A stretch of 64,000 bases of DNA from positions 13,766,001 to 13,830,000 of the forward strand of contig NC_087250.1 of NCBI RefSeq assembly GCF_037042905.1. Direction: 5' to 3'. Below, piece after piece: positions 13,972-26,723 of the stretch. The first letter of the stretch is position 1, and each line of letters starts with the position of its first letter. The translations under genes and the position numbers were made by a program. The notes under the pieces were generated by a model. The model was not told where the DNA came from. It worked only from the letters and a program-made list of their open reading frames with translations, and ran no database searches. This DNA comes from Lytechinus pictus (taxonomy: Eukaryota).

Positions 13972-14518
13972 CCCGGGGGGGCCACTTACATTGATGAGTG
14001 GATACCATGCGCGACCAAAAAAACACGTAAAAAGGATGTCTTTTTCAAGATAGGGCACGTTACGTACGTAACGTAATAAGGGTGTCAAAAACACTAAAAT
14101 AATGAAAAAAGGGTATCTATTTCGCTAGGAAAGCTACGTGTTTAGGGTCGAATTTGCGAGGGTATAAAAATCAAGACTAAAATATTTATAAAGGATGTAC
14201 TTTTTGCTCCAAGAGTCAACACTACGTGTTTAGAGTATGATTGGCGCGAGTTGGGCTGTTAAACCCATGTAATGATGTAGGTAAAGGTAAAACCGACGAC
14301 CGACGTCCGTGACATACCGCTGTACTTGTTTAGGGGTTCAATTCAGGGAATACTTGCAATTAGTATCGTTTTGTTTCCAATACTTGTTAAGGGTAGGGTT
14401 TCACACGCCAATACGTATTAAGGGGTGCAATTTTAGAATATGGAAAATACGTGTTTAGGGTGCTTTTTGAGATCTCATGGTCGCGCATGGTATCCACTCG
14501 TGAATGGAAGTGGCCCGG
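13972..14518. mobile_element. MITE with ~35-bp TIRs
   Basis: GCCACTTACATTGATGAGTGGATACCATGCGCGACC ... GGTCGCGCATGGTATCCACTCGTGAATGGAAGTGGC. Confidence 0.75.
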
Positions 14519-15683
14519 CCCTTACAAAAAATTCCTGCAGTACTTTAGTGGTACTCTGTTGTACCTGTGTGATACTTCTGTCATACACGACGGTACCTCA
14601 GAATTACCACAGGACTTCTGTGGTATCACTCTGTGATAGTTCTGTCATACTTCTGTGGTACAGGAAAATATGAAAATTTCCTGCAATACCTTAATGGTAC
14701 TCTGTCGTACCTGTGTGATACTTCTGTTGTACAAAACTGTATATAGAATTACAACAGGACTTCTGTGGTATCACTCTGTGATAGTTCTGTCATACTTCTG
14801 TGGTACAGGAAAATATGAAAATTTCATGCAATACCTTAATGGTACTCTGTCGTACCTGTGTGATACTGCTGTTGTACAAAACTGTATATAGAATTACAAC
14901 AGGACTTCTGTGGTATCACTCTGTGATAATTCTGTCATACTTCTGTGGTACATAAAAATATGAAAATTTCATGCAATACCTTAATGGTACTCTGTCGTAC
15001 CTGTGTGATACTTCTGTTGTACAAAACTGTATAAGGAATTACTACAGGACTCCTGTGGTATCACTCTGTGATAGTTCTACTTCTGTGGTACATACAAATA
15101 TGAAAATTTCATGCAATACCTTAATGGTACTCTGTCGTACCTGTGTAATACTTCTGTTGTACATAACTGTATACAATATCACTCTGTGATAGTTATGTCG
15201 TACTTCTGTTGTACATGAAAATTCTAAAATATCCTGCAGTACTTCTATGACAACCCTGCGATACTTCTGTTGTATATGAAAATTTTTTTAATTTCCTGCA
15301 GTACTCCTATTACTAAGCACTTCTATGGAAACCCCCATACTTCTGTGGTACATGAACATTTTGAAATTTCCTGCAGTACTCGATCCTATTGAAGACACTT
15401 CTATGAAAACCCTGTGATACTTCTGTGGTAAATGAAAATTTTGAAATTTCCTGCAGGACTCAATATAGGCACTTCTAAAATTCTATGGCAACCCCAGTGC
15501 TATACTTTCAAAATTTCCTGCGGTACTTCTCATGCAGCCACCCCAGAAATATGACTGAAACTGTATCACAGACGCTACTGGTGTATTTTCTGTGGTACAG
15601 TACATGAAAAAATTAGTTTCCTTCAGTACTTGTATGGAAGCCCTGTTTGTACCACAGACTATTTTTTTTATTTCCAGTGAGGG
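14519..15683 (+). repeat. Minisatellite-bearing element with ~145-bp tandem units, possibly CACTA/EnSpm-like
   Basis: Starts CCCTTACAAAAAATTCCTG and ends CAGTGAGGG. TGGTACA..AAATATGAAAATTTC recurs at 14656, 14801, 14946 and 15086. Confidence 0.7.
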
Positions 15684-16358
15684 ATTTATCTTTTTTTTCA
15701 GTTTCGGGAGCGGTCAGTAGCGTATTGAGTCTTATATTTTTAGAAGGCCATATGGCTTAAAAGGGCACCATTCATTTTAAAAAGTACAATTTTTTATATG
15801 AAAATTTAATTTTGTGATAGCTAGATTGTGACATATAGGCCCTATTTCAAAATTATATTTCACCCTGTCCCATTGTGTAGGTCTATATCAGCGAGGGGGG
15901 GGGGTTATGCCTACTGAGACTCAGAGGTTTTAAGTTTGATAGCTTCTATTTCTACGAGAAAGGGTACTATACGTACTAGATCAAAACTAGGAGCAAAGCG
16001 CGAACTGAAAAATGCGAAAAATTATCGACCCCAAAATGGGCAACTTATATTTTGAGGACTATTGTTCGTTTTCAGGTTTATTTCTTTTTCATGCGCTCTT
16101 TTAAATTTCAATTATCATTTTTGTTTTGTTTGTTCGCCACTTATTTTTCATAAAAAACAGGATGAATAATAAAAAAATGACTATATTTAAAAGGGTACGT
16201 GTTGAAATATACAGGACACACCTAACACTCTTAGAGCTTAATGGTTGTGAGGAAGCCGGGTTGAATTTCAAAGAGATATTGTAATGAATAAAAATATAAG
16301 CATGAACGTATTATTCTACTTCATCCATCTCTTTCTAACAATACAAGAAAATAATTGA

Positions 16359-16946
16359 AGGGGAGGTCAACGCTAGAGATAATCAATAAATAGAGTAAAA
16401 TTCACAAAACAAAATGCTTAAAATTTATTCAAAATCGGATGACAAATAACGAAGTTAAGTTGAATTTTAAGGATTTGCAATATTCCCATGAAACAGTTTT
16501 ATTTAGGCATGTCTCATGAATATTCATTAGGTGGGCTGATGATGTCATATCCCATGTTCTTTTGTACAATATATGAAATTAGATTTATTCAACATATTTC
16601 TACCAAGAACTTAAACAATTGGAATGACGACTAATTAACCGCGTTAGTTATTTAATGCAGCAACTTTACAATGGGGACACATTATTTACACATGTATTGA
16701 AAAAATAGATAATCATAATTTCATATCTAACATTAAAAAAGAAAAATGGGAATGTCACATCATCAGCCCACCAAATGAATATTCATGACGATGTGCACAC
16801 TATCTGTTTTCACAAAATATTGATAAACAATTAACATAAGAAAGTTCAGCGTTGAATGTTGATTAAAAAATAAATCTCAGTTAAAATGCTATCTAAGATT
16901 TTGTTTTACACGTTTCATAACCAAGTTTTAATGCGATTCTGGCCCC
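16359..16946. mobile_element. Kolobok-like (TTAA) MITE; related copy at 46436-46992
   Basis: Internal inverted ATGAATATTCATTAGGTGGGCTGATG motif shared with 46550-46830, ends CCCCTTAA. Confidence 0.6.
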
Positions 16947-17989
16947 TTAAAGTTTTTATTGCGAGAAAATACATTTTTCCAAGTTTCCCATCTATTTTTT
17001 TATTTATTTTTTTTTAGTAAAAAGGACCTATTTTCTTACAAATATATTATTATAAATAAAATTACTTCAATATTTGTTCTCCTATTCACAATATTTTTTA
17101 CAGGTGGAATAGGATAAACTAAAAATAGGATATTTAATTTCCATTTTAAGGCCTATTTTTTGCTTTATATCCCCGGTTTATATCTTTGCCACCTTGCAAT
17201 ATGTTAGCCAGGCTGGTTTATATCTATTTCTTTTTAAATCAAATAAATTTGGATATTTTCAATCTTTTTTTATGATGCGAAGCTATATATAGTTTGTAAA
17301 TATGTTTTTTAATTGCAAGAACAATCTTGTATCTCTGTTCACATATGATGGCAGTTTATTTTGCTTCTTTTTTTCTTATTTGTATGAAGTTTGTATCTAT
17401 ATATTTTCAAACTATTTTCCATCCTTAAAGTGTCACAACCGATATCATATTATTTTTTACCTCGTTGGCAAAGTTATTATCTTTTCTTATGTTTCGCTTC
17501 AAAATGGTATCTTTATATTTGCTTGTCTTGCTCCTCCACCCCTTATCAAAATACCCTGCCGGCACTTGATCTAAGATTATTTTCTTTTACTACTTGAACC
17601 TTATAAAGGGATCTTTCCTTCGATCGCAAGAAAGGATAAAATGTGTGTTTTTGAAAAGAAATAAAATTAAAAATACATAGGATTGGAGCTGTGATTTTCC
17701 TCATTGCTTTCTTTGTCATCCTACTTGCATACTAGTAGGCCTATATAACATATTTTCAGTAAAATTGTGAGACATGTTTTTAAATCCTATCCTTATATTA
17801 AAAAAAAGAATAAAGAGAAAGAAAAAAATTAAAAGACATAGAAAAGAAAAAGAAAGGAAGAAGAAATAAATATTTGAATTTTACTTTATTCAATTCCTTT
17901 ACGTTAATAATATGATATATAAATGATGGCGAAAATAGTCAAATTGTCTGGTTGCCAAGTAAAAAGTAAGACCCCCCCCCCCCCCCCTC

Positions 17990-18330
17990 CGAGCTCCCCG
18001 TACAAACGCACGGACTGCATGTACCGTATACGTGTTTCCGGTTCCGCCATTTGAAAAAAAACGTTCGTAACTGCTCAGCTGAACCCGAAGCTTGATGAAG
18101 AAGGCCGTCAATATTTCAACAAAAACTAACAGAATATGGATCAGATTCGGACAACGACTTCTTAAGACATTCACACAACAGGCTAAACAGTAAGTTAGAT
18201 CAATTTTTCGTAGTTTGGCGCGGCATGCACTTAAATTTCTTCGACTTTTTAATCATTACCGTACGGCCACTGCACTGCCGTTGTTCCCGATCGCTTATCG
18301 GGTGGGGGCTGATCTGCGGTGTGCGCGGCC
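17990..18330 (+). promoter_or_regulatory. CpG-rich putative promoter / first exon
   Basis: CpG density far above background. TTTCCGGTTCCGCCATTTG (ETS-like plus YY1-like motifs) at about 18034-18053. Donor ACA|GTAAGT at 18190. Confidence 0.5.
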
Positions 18331-18932
18331 GGGGACGGCCAACGGCTGGCTAAGTTAGTAGTATATTGATGGCGGCGGTGAGGATGTTTGTATTGTCATG
18401 ATTGTAGCCAGGTCAGGGGTGGGCGCTAATGCAGTTTCGCACCGGCCGATTAATACCAGCATACCTCATCACCAATATTTGTTCCCAAATGTCATGACAA
18501 GTCTCTCAGTCACATTTGAAGTCAATATATCCACCACTTTTCAAAATATCGTGATCGGGAATGGCTGTAGGCCTAGCCAGGCGGCTTCTAGAGAGTGAAA
18601 ATCATTTACTAACGTAACTTCGTAAGGTCACTCTCATATGAAGCCAGGGATCCTTTCTCATATACCCACACAGAGGAAGCCAAAACTTGAAACTTTCACC
18701 CCCGGCCCCGAGATTTCTACTTTCCTTCTAAAAGATCTAGCCTAACGTTAGACCTAAATCATGTACATGGGATAAAACTTAATTTCCAACATTTCTACGC
18801 TCTCGTCGTTATTTTTGAAGAAGAAATTCATTCCAAAAAATGCGAAAAATATCATGATTAGACGGAAGAGACTTGCCCGATGTTTACGCCGCCATCTTGT
18901 TTTCTATTGTTCTTCGCCAACGTTACAGACGC

Positions 18933-19470
18933 GAACTTCGAGACCATGAACTCGATCTGATATTCTGAGTGACAGAGGTGGGATTTTATGGGGGTGGGGA
19001 ATATAAAATTCATGCAACATCTTGATTTTTAAAAAGAATTAAAACTAATATTCTTACTTTACACAAAGTTTCATTTAGTTCCATGCTTTTATCAGTCTCA
19101 AAATTGGTGATTTAGAGCCAACATGAAGTTCCTCACACATATTTATAATTCGCTGCCGATTTCAAAACATTGCATGCGGATGCAATATTCGCGAGATACC
19201 GGGCCTGGTCTGACCCGACCGACCTCACACGCATGCGATGTATTGAATATTGATACGTGTGAGAAACTTCATGTTGGCTCTAAATCATCAATTTTGAGAC
19301 GGATAGAGGCATGGAGAAGAACTGAAACTTTGTGTGCAGGAAGAATATTAGTTTTAATTTTTTTAAAGAGCGTGATGTTGCATGAATTTGATATCCCCCC
19401 CCCCATAAGATCCCACTTTTTGTCACTCGGAATATCAGATCGGCAGATCCAGTTCACGGTCTCAAAGTTT
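18933..19470. repeat. Long imperfect inverted repeat (~200-bp arms), likely MITE-derived
   Basis: 18933-19140 is the diverged reverse complement of 19255-19470. Confidence 0.75.
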
Positions 19471-19938
19471 GGGTAGGTGGAGCGTAGTGTAGCAATAGTG
19501 AAGTGGAGTGGAGCCTGCACAAACTTCACTCGAGGTAGGCAATCCCACAAATTTAAAAGAGGTTTCTATAAAATCAAGTCCGGCCTTCTATGAACATGAC
19601 AAACTTACGAAAAGATGTGAAGTCAATTCACCCTAAATATCATCAATATCCCTCAAATAGCTTCATTTAAGCACTAATTTCTCTTCCGGTTGATAAAATA
19701 TGGATCCGTCTTTAATTTCCAAAATTGTTCGTCTAACTAGCTAAAGGACGCATGTTTTATCTACATATTAAAGACACTACATAGAAAAGACTAGGCACAA
19801 AGACTATTATACATGTAAATCGATGCAAAGCATTACGCGATGTCGGCAAAGTGCCCAATCTTCTTATTGTAAAGACTTTAGCGACAATAACAGACTGTGA
19901 GTAAGGTTAAAATGCTCCTCTACTTTTAATGTTTTCAT

Positions 19939-20925
19939 TAGTGCTGTTGTCGGGAACAAAAATCCATGTCGACATGTCGCTTAAAAATTAATCCCGACAT
20001 CGACAATGTCGACATGAAAAAGGGACCGTAATTTAGCCTGGGCTCCCTAACATAAAAAAAACGCATTCGATCGTGGAACAACACTCTCAATCAAATATAT
20101 TCACCTTGACACGAGTGATATCCCCACACTAGATCTATATAATACAGGCTCACTTCGGGAATTGAGCTTCCAAAATCACCGATTTAATCCACATTTTTTT
20201 TCTGGAGAATCAAGTTTTTGTACCAGGATCCGGTTTCGAAAGCATTGCTCAATAACACTCGTAGCCAATTTGAGAATCACCAATTACAACAGTGATCATT
20301 GCTGCAAACGCAAGCTCCTCAATTTGACAATGAAAAGTAATGAAAATCGACCGATAATTTCAGTATCACTTCCGCGGCGATCCGTGCAACGATCTCCAAA
20401 CGAATGAAGGGAAGTTTTCTGTGACTTCGTGATATGAAGTAAGCGCTCAATTGCGGCAGTCACAACTTTGACAAAAACACGTGTTCGCTGCTGCTCACGT
20501 TTATGTGAAAAGTAATGCATTGAGGAGCAACGTATTATCAAGCACGGTGAATAGCGCGCGATGGGTACATATTTCCGTGGATGGGTACGGTGAATGCTAC
20601 TCTCGCTATAACGGGATATCGAGGGCGGCTCGATCGGGCAGGCCGGCCCTGCACTGACGTATTTCTACTGCCGCACAGCTCGCAGATATTCTTTTTTCAT
20701 TTAATGCGCTGCTAAGCTGAATAAACCTTTTAATCGCGCCAATTACTGTGTATAAATGCTTCTAACTTTTCAGCTAATCTTTACACTCGTGATTGTAGGC
20801 TAGACCCCTTTTTATTTTATGTTTACATGTCGATGTGGGTGCGTGCATGTCGACATGTCGGAATTTTGAAAATCCTTCGTATGTCGACATCAATGTCGAT
20901 ATGAGGCCTATCGACAACAGCACTA
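19939..20925. mobile_element. hAT-type non-autonomous element
   Basis: TIR TAGTGCTGTTGTCG ... CGACAACAGCACTA, perfect 8-bp TSD GTTTTCAT (19931-19938 / 20926-20933), subterminal ATGTCGACAT motifs. Confidence 0.9.
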
Positions 20926-21664
20926 GTTTTCATTGATTTTATGTTGAATATTATTAAAGAATATGACTCTTTGCACCTGAATTGTAACACTGAAATATGG
21001 AAATGAAGAAGTTTTATCATGTACTTTTATTACATCATGTATTTGTATTAACCTGCAAATAAAATTTTACTATGTCACTCAAATTCATTTCATTTCATTA
21101 AAGATTCAAAGAGGGATCTCTGGATGATCGAGCAGCAAGTCCAGCATTATGTGGGAAAGATACTACAGGTGTACACAGAAAAGGCCATGTTCTTGTACAA
21201 GACACGGTTGGAGTTCATAAAAGGTGATTATATAGGCATTCACTTCAGTAGATATTATAATTACAAAATTAAGCAGATTGTATTCATGCAGTGGCATACA
21301 GTGTAATCCTTGTTAGAAGATGTAGATTTATTCTTCATTGTTTTATTAAAGAGTTTCAATATGTGCTTATGACAATTTGTTTGCATTATAAATTGTTTGT
21401 CACTCTTCGGCTTAGTTTGCTTTTATAAGCAAGAATATGCTAAGAGAGATAGCCGCAAGGACCTCATTATCCGATAGATATGTACTTGTGAAAAGAGATC
21501 TAGATGGGGGCAAAACACCTTATTTCTTGTATTTTTATGTTGTTCATGTTATCGTAATGGTATGTGTTTTTTTTTCTACAGATTAAGCTGCCTCGTGCTA
21601 TACAGACTTGGATAAAAACAAGCTGTCCAATGAATGGTGACTACTCAAGAGGAGCCAGAAAGTC

Positions 21665-22128
21665 AACTAAAGCCAGGGTATTTTGGGAGTTGATATGGCC
21701 GGGGAAGGGGGGAGGGGGGGTTTCCAGGGCCCCCCCCCTTCCTTGAGATCTTGACCGCACAATCGCGTCTAACATTGGCACATGGGTTGTCTAGGGCATA
21801 ATTTACAAAATTAAATTGTAAATTATTTCACGCAAATTGTTAGTAAGTGATAATACTAATTTATGCGTAATTAGAATACAAAATCATACTTTTTCCTCTA
21901 TTGCATTGACTTTGTACACAAAATCACGTTTTTGAGCAATTTTTGGTATGACATGTACTTACATAATGTCACGTTATTACAGAACCACGTACCGGGTGAC
22001 ACAAGATTGGTCTCAAAAGATGCACAAGACTAGAAAGAGGCATGTTTTAAAAAAATTGTGCGACAGCATGGTCGCAAAATTTTTGGAAGGGGGGGGGGTC
22101 AAATTGGTCCAATTTAACTAAGGGTTAA
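21665..22128. mobile_element. piggyBac-like (AGGG|TTAA) MITE remnant
   Basis: Ends AAGGGTTAA at about 22128, has G/C tracts, and shows similarity to 22130-22370 and 30930-31460. Confidence 0.45.
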
Positions 22129-22381
22129 TAACTGGGAGGCTGTTAGCTGCCTTTTTACTTTCAAGTCTTGCACATCTTTTGAGACCAAATTTGTGATGCC
22201 TGGGTACGCTGTTCCGAAATTTCGCAACATTTTTATGTATTAATCCAACACAAATACTGTTTCTTGCTAAAAATTCACAATTAGTATACCAGTAATATAC
22301 ATTTATCAAGTCAAATTATTTAATTACATTTATAATCATAAAAGCTTTGATAAAGTATAAAAAAAAACAAAGAGTTGTATG

Positions 22382-23308
22382 TAGGCCTGGGACTTTCGGG
22401 TTTTTTCTCTTCGGGTACCCGTGGTAATTTTCGGGTGGGTACCTGAAAATCATGTCACTTGAAATATGACTGGTGGAAACACCCCATAGGTGACGTCATC
22501 AAGCCAATGCGATGCAAGCCAATTTATGAATGAAAATATAGTAAGCATGCGCATTGCAAGCCTCCCGTGCCCCACGCAGTATTCCATCGAAACAAGTTTC
22601 AATACTCTGTCACCTCGTACCAAAATCGACCTAGAATTCCACTTTCCTATATATCATATGAATTATAAAAGGTTTTCTCACCGATACTGCACAGGTAAGC
22701 AAATTTTTATTCTTGCTTTTCCGTCAAAATCTTACGAAGTAGCATCGATATTACATCGTGTTCGTGAGTTTGTATCGCTACGTGAACAAAGTCAATTGAT
22801 TTCCGGGTTTCGGAGCGTCAAATGCGCCAGCCAATCACGATCGTGTTCCCATTTTCGGTTTATGATGAACTAAAAATGGTAACAAGAACGTGATTGGCTG
22901 GTGCTTCGTAGGTCGATTTTGGTATGAGGTGACAGAGTATTGCAGACTTGTTTTGACGTAATACTGCGTGGGGCTGAGGCTTGCAATGCGCATGCTTACT
23001 ATATTTTCATTCATAAATTGGTTTGCGTCGCAGTGGCTGGATGACGTCACTGCGCTGCAAAAGAAACATGGCGATGATTGAACGATCTCGGTCACATCAT
23101 CATCACTTGAAAACTTGTATATTTATGGATATTTAGAGGGTAATTGGTGAAATTCAAAATGAGGCTTGTGTACTTTTGTAATGAGTTACAATCATGTCTT
23201 ACACTACGCAATACAAATCAAATACATGTACATTATACTGGTGAGCAATTTTCGGGTATCGGGTATTGATTTTTCTACTCGGGTACCCGGGTTTTAGTCC
23301 CAGCCCTA
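22382..23308. mobile_element. hAT-type non-autonomous element with internal inverted duplication
   Basis: TIR TAGGCCTGGGAC ... GTCCCAGCCCTA, perfect 8-bp TSD GTTGTATG (22374-22381 / 23309-23316). 22490-22630 is inverted at 22910-23050. Confidence 0.9.
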
Positions 23309-23762
23309 GTTGTATGAAAATTTTCAAAAATAATGAAAGGTAAAAGAAAACAAGATTACAATGTCCATTGCAAGGGGGCTAGTCTAGCTATTCAGGATAA
23401 TTGGGATTTTATTCAGTTTTTAATTGACATAACATTATGACAAGATCCCTCCAGTTAGTGTATAAACAGCACATGGCCATGATTGAAATTCATATAACAT
23501 TAAAGTATGCAAACCAGGCAGCTACATGTACATGTAGGACTCACTGCTTGTCAATTCTATTGTCTGCCAGGGTCAAGTGACATACAGTGCACATGTATAA
23601 CATGTGTGAAAGTACATAAGAAAATCAGCTTTTTATTTTTGTACTGTAACATTGGGTGAACTGGTGATCACTTTGGATATGATGCTCTTCATATTGGTTT
23701 ATTTTATGTATATGAATTTTTGGATAATCATTAAGAATTAAAGCCATTTACTTAATATATGG

Positions 23763-24225
23763 AAGCATAAGCCCATCAAAGAACAGAATTATGTCATGTA
23801 CAGCTAATTCATTTTGCGTGATATTACAATTGTAATTGTTTACTTGAGCAAGTAATTTGAATTGCTGCATGACCTAAACAATGACATGTTCCAATTCGAA
23901 TAGTAACATGACCTAAAGAAGAGTTACTCCACCTCGATTGAGAGTGCTTATGTTAAATAATTGATGTTGCTACTTCAAATAATTGAGGTCAATCAAATTG
24001 GTCATAATTATTCAAGTCAATTTTGAGCTATATGTCATAATTAATTAGGTCATATACTAATTGAAATTACTAAATGACTCGAGTAGGTATGAATTCACAT
24101 TGCCACATGACCTTAATTATTTTATGTAGCAACATCAAGTATTGAACGTCATTTAGTTATCAATTATGACATGTAGCAAATCAAATTACATCCCGCAATT
24201 TCGTGTTTATGATGGGCTCATGCTT
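23763..24225. mobile_element. Hairpin MITE
   Basis: AAGCATAAGCCCATCA ... TGATGGGCTCATGCTT termini with internal inverted motifs. Confidence 0.55.
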
Positions 24226-24707
24226 ACATTCATATATAACCCTTCAATACGTAGTTGGAGCAATTCTTAGACAAGAAGACTGTGTAAAATGATATGCCTA
24301 TTCAATGTCAAAAAGGTTAATGTCTCAATAGATTTGATCTACGTTTTGGCAAAGTAATCTTATGTAAATATTTTTTCTAACCTATGGTGAACGTTCTAAA
24401 TCATGTGAAATTCATTCAAAAATATCTTTCAGTATTTATGGACTTAAGTGAATTCTGAGCAAAATGAAGTGATTATGATTACGTTCATGTACTTTAAGTT
24501 TATACTGGTGATCAACACATCATAATTTCATCCCTTACTGTATGTGCACCATGCATTATCTGTACATGCAGAAGTGGTTATCCATTGTTTCATAACATGG
24601 TTGAGTAAAGGATGTTCTGCTTTTAGTATTAAGCCAATCGGGTGTTGACAAGAAGGGGAAAATGCAATTGCTCAGCTATTACAGTTTTTTTTGCAACCAT
24701 AATACTG

Positions 24708-24886
24708 GTTAAGCCTTGGTTACATTCGCCGGCTCGTGGCCTTACGTCGAGTCAAAATTAACAGTCTTAATCATCCTTGTACCAGCTACTACCAGCTACA
24801 CGTGGGTGGTTTGTACAGGAATACCTAAAACTGCTGATTTTGTCTCGCCGTAAGGCAACCGGTCAAGGAATGTGACCAAGGTATTA
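24708..24886. mobile_element. Short Harbinger-like MITE
   Basis: CCTTGGTTACATTC ... GAATGTGACCAAGG, with TTAA/TAA flanks. Confidence 0.55.
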
Positions 24887-25224
24887 ATAATAATCGCTTA
24901 TTGTTGTGTTAGAGGGAAGGATTCTGGGTCGAATCTAGCTTTCTTTATGTGATCTCAAAATGGCAGCAATGTATGAATAGTGAAAGTAGTTCATGTGGCA
25001 TCTCAATGTTCATGGATATAAATCTTTGTACATGTCTTATCCTAAAGATGAAATGTTACTGCATTATTCTAGCAGTCATTTATGATATCAAAGATGTTCT
25101 ATACTGTGCATAGTACAGCTCATACATAATAAAGGTATGTGAATATGCTTTTAACGTCTTTGCAAATTTGTGGGTTTTTTCACGCCTCTTTTCATTAGTC
25201 AAGATGTCAAAGTTGTTGTGCTGG

Positions 25225-26256
25225 ATCACAGGAAATTCTTACAAACTACTACGCCTAACAAACCAGTGCAGGACGGTGTCGTGAGAAAATCGCACAGACT
25301 ACTACAGGACAATACCATAGGATTGTCACAGGAAATCAACAAGAATACCCCTGCAGGATTACCACAGTAAAGTATCACAAGAAGGCTGCAGGATGAGACC
25401 AATAATGCCACAGAAGATATCAAAGATCAGTATCACAGGAATACCACAGGACAGTACTGCAGGAATTGTCCTGCGGTAAGGTCTCTTGGTATTCCTGCAG
25501 TACTGTCCTGTAGTACTGTTCTGTAGTACTTTCCTGTGATACTGGTCTGCGGAATTCCTAAAGTACTGTCCTGTCATACTGTCCTGTGATACTATTTATC
25601 ACCACAGGATAGTATCACAGGACAGTACTACAGGAATACCAGACCAGTATCACAGGACAGTACTACAGGAATACCAGACCAGTATCACAGGACAGTACTA
25701 CAGGAATACCAGACCAGTATCACAGGACAGTACTACAGGAATACCAGACCAGTATCACAGGACAGTACTACAGGAATACCAGACCAGTATCACAGGACAG
25801 TACTACAGGACACAGTACCAGAAGCCTGCGGTACTCCTGTAGTACTGTCCTGCGATACTGTTCTGTAGTACTTCCCTGTGATACTGGTCTGCGGTATTCC
25901 TGTAGTACTGTCCTGTCATACTGTCCTGTCATACTATCCTGTCATACTGTCCTGTCATACTATCATGTGATACTATCCTGTGATACTATCCTGTGATACT
26001 GTCCTGTAGTACTAATAGTAGTGTGGTAGTGGTTGTAGCGGTTGTAGCGGTTGTGGTGATCGTGTCCTGTCATACTTCCTGCCATACTTATGCGGTTATT
26101 ACCACAGGAAGTATCACAGGACACGGACCTGTTGTACTCCTGTTGTACATTTCTGTAGTACCGTCCCAAATTACGTGCACGTAATTCCTGCAGTACTTTC
26201 CTGCGATACTTCCTGCAGTACATATCACAGAGTACTACAGGAATTTTTTGTAAGGG
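25225..26256 (-). repeat. CWG-periodic minisatellite element, inverted relative of 14519-15683; includes a 35-bp perfect tandem at 25611-25810
   Basis: Ends CAGGAATTTTTTGTAAGGG, the reverse complement of the 14519 start. AGTATCACAGGACAGTACTACAGGAATACCAGACC occurs about 5.7 times. Confidence 0.8.
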
Positions 26257-26486
26257 GCCCCCCGGGCAAAGACGTCGACGACGCCAGAGTGCCTGAAACG
26301 GGACCCTTTTCGACGCTTTTCTGGACGCGGGAGCGTAGCAGACCATGTGGGTGACCCCCCGGGACAATTTTCGTTTAAAAGTCTTTTTCACTTGCTAATT
26401 CTCTATAAATCATCTAAAAGTATAAAGCAACTGTCTTCTGAATATGGTCCTCCCTGCCTGCATAGCAATGGCCTTTCAAGTATAAT

Positions 26487-26690
26487 CACTAGCGTACCTA
26501 CGGGGGGGGGGGCAGGGGGGGCACTCTGCCCCCCCTGACGAGCCACAACCCATACAAAAGTCATATACCTGCCCCCCCTGACGAGCTTTTTATTGAAGAC
26601 CTTTTTTTTTTTTTTTTTTTTTTTTTGCTTGTCAATTTTTTTGGCGACCGATTTTGCCCCCCCCTGTGGAAAATCCTAGGTACGCCACTG
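26487..26690. mobile_element. Short hAT-like MITE
   Basis: CACTAGCGTACCTA ... TAGGTACGCCACTG, near-perfect 8-bp TSD AGTATAAT / AGTATATT. Confidence 0.75.
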
Positions 26691-26692
26691 AG

Positions 26693-26723
<31 letters not shown>

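Larger units (their letters stand above)
18095..21677 (+). other. Putative small spliced transcript (exons ~18030-18189, 21104-21223, 21582-21677), lncRNA or ~80-aa peptide
   Basis: Donor at 18190, acceptors TTCATTAAAG| (21103) and TTTTTTCTACAG| (21581). The frame from ATG 18095 stays open through exon 2 and stops early in exon 3. No recognisable domain. Confidence 0.3.

Noticed and set aside
14440..15189. ORFs in the 145-bp minisatellite and in 25170-26391
   Set aside because: Repeat-derived, with no protein-like features
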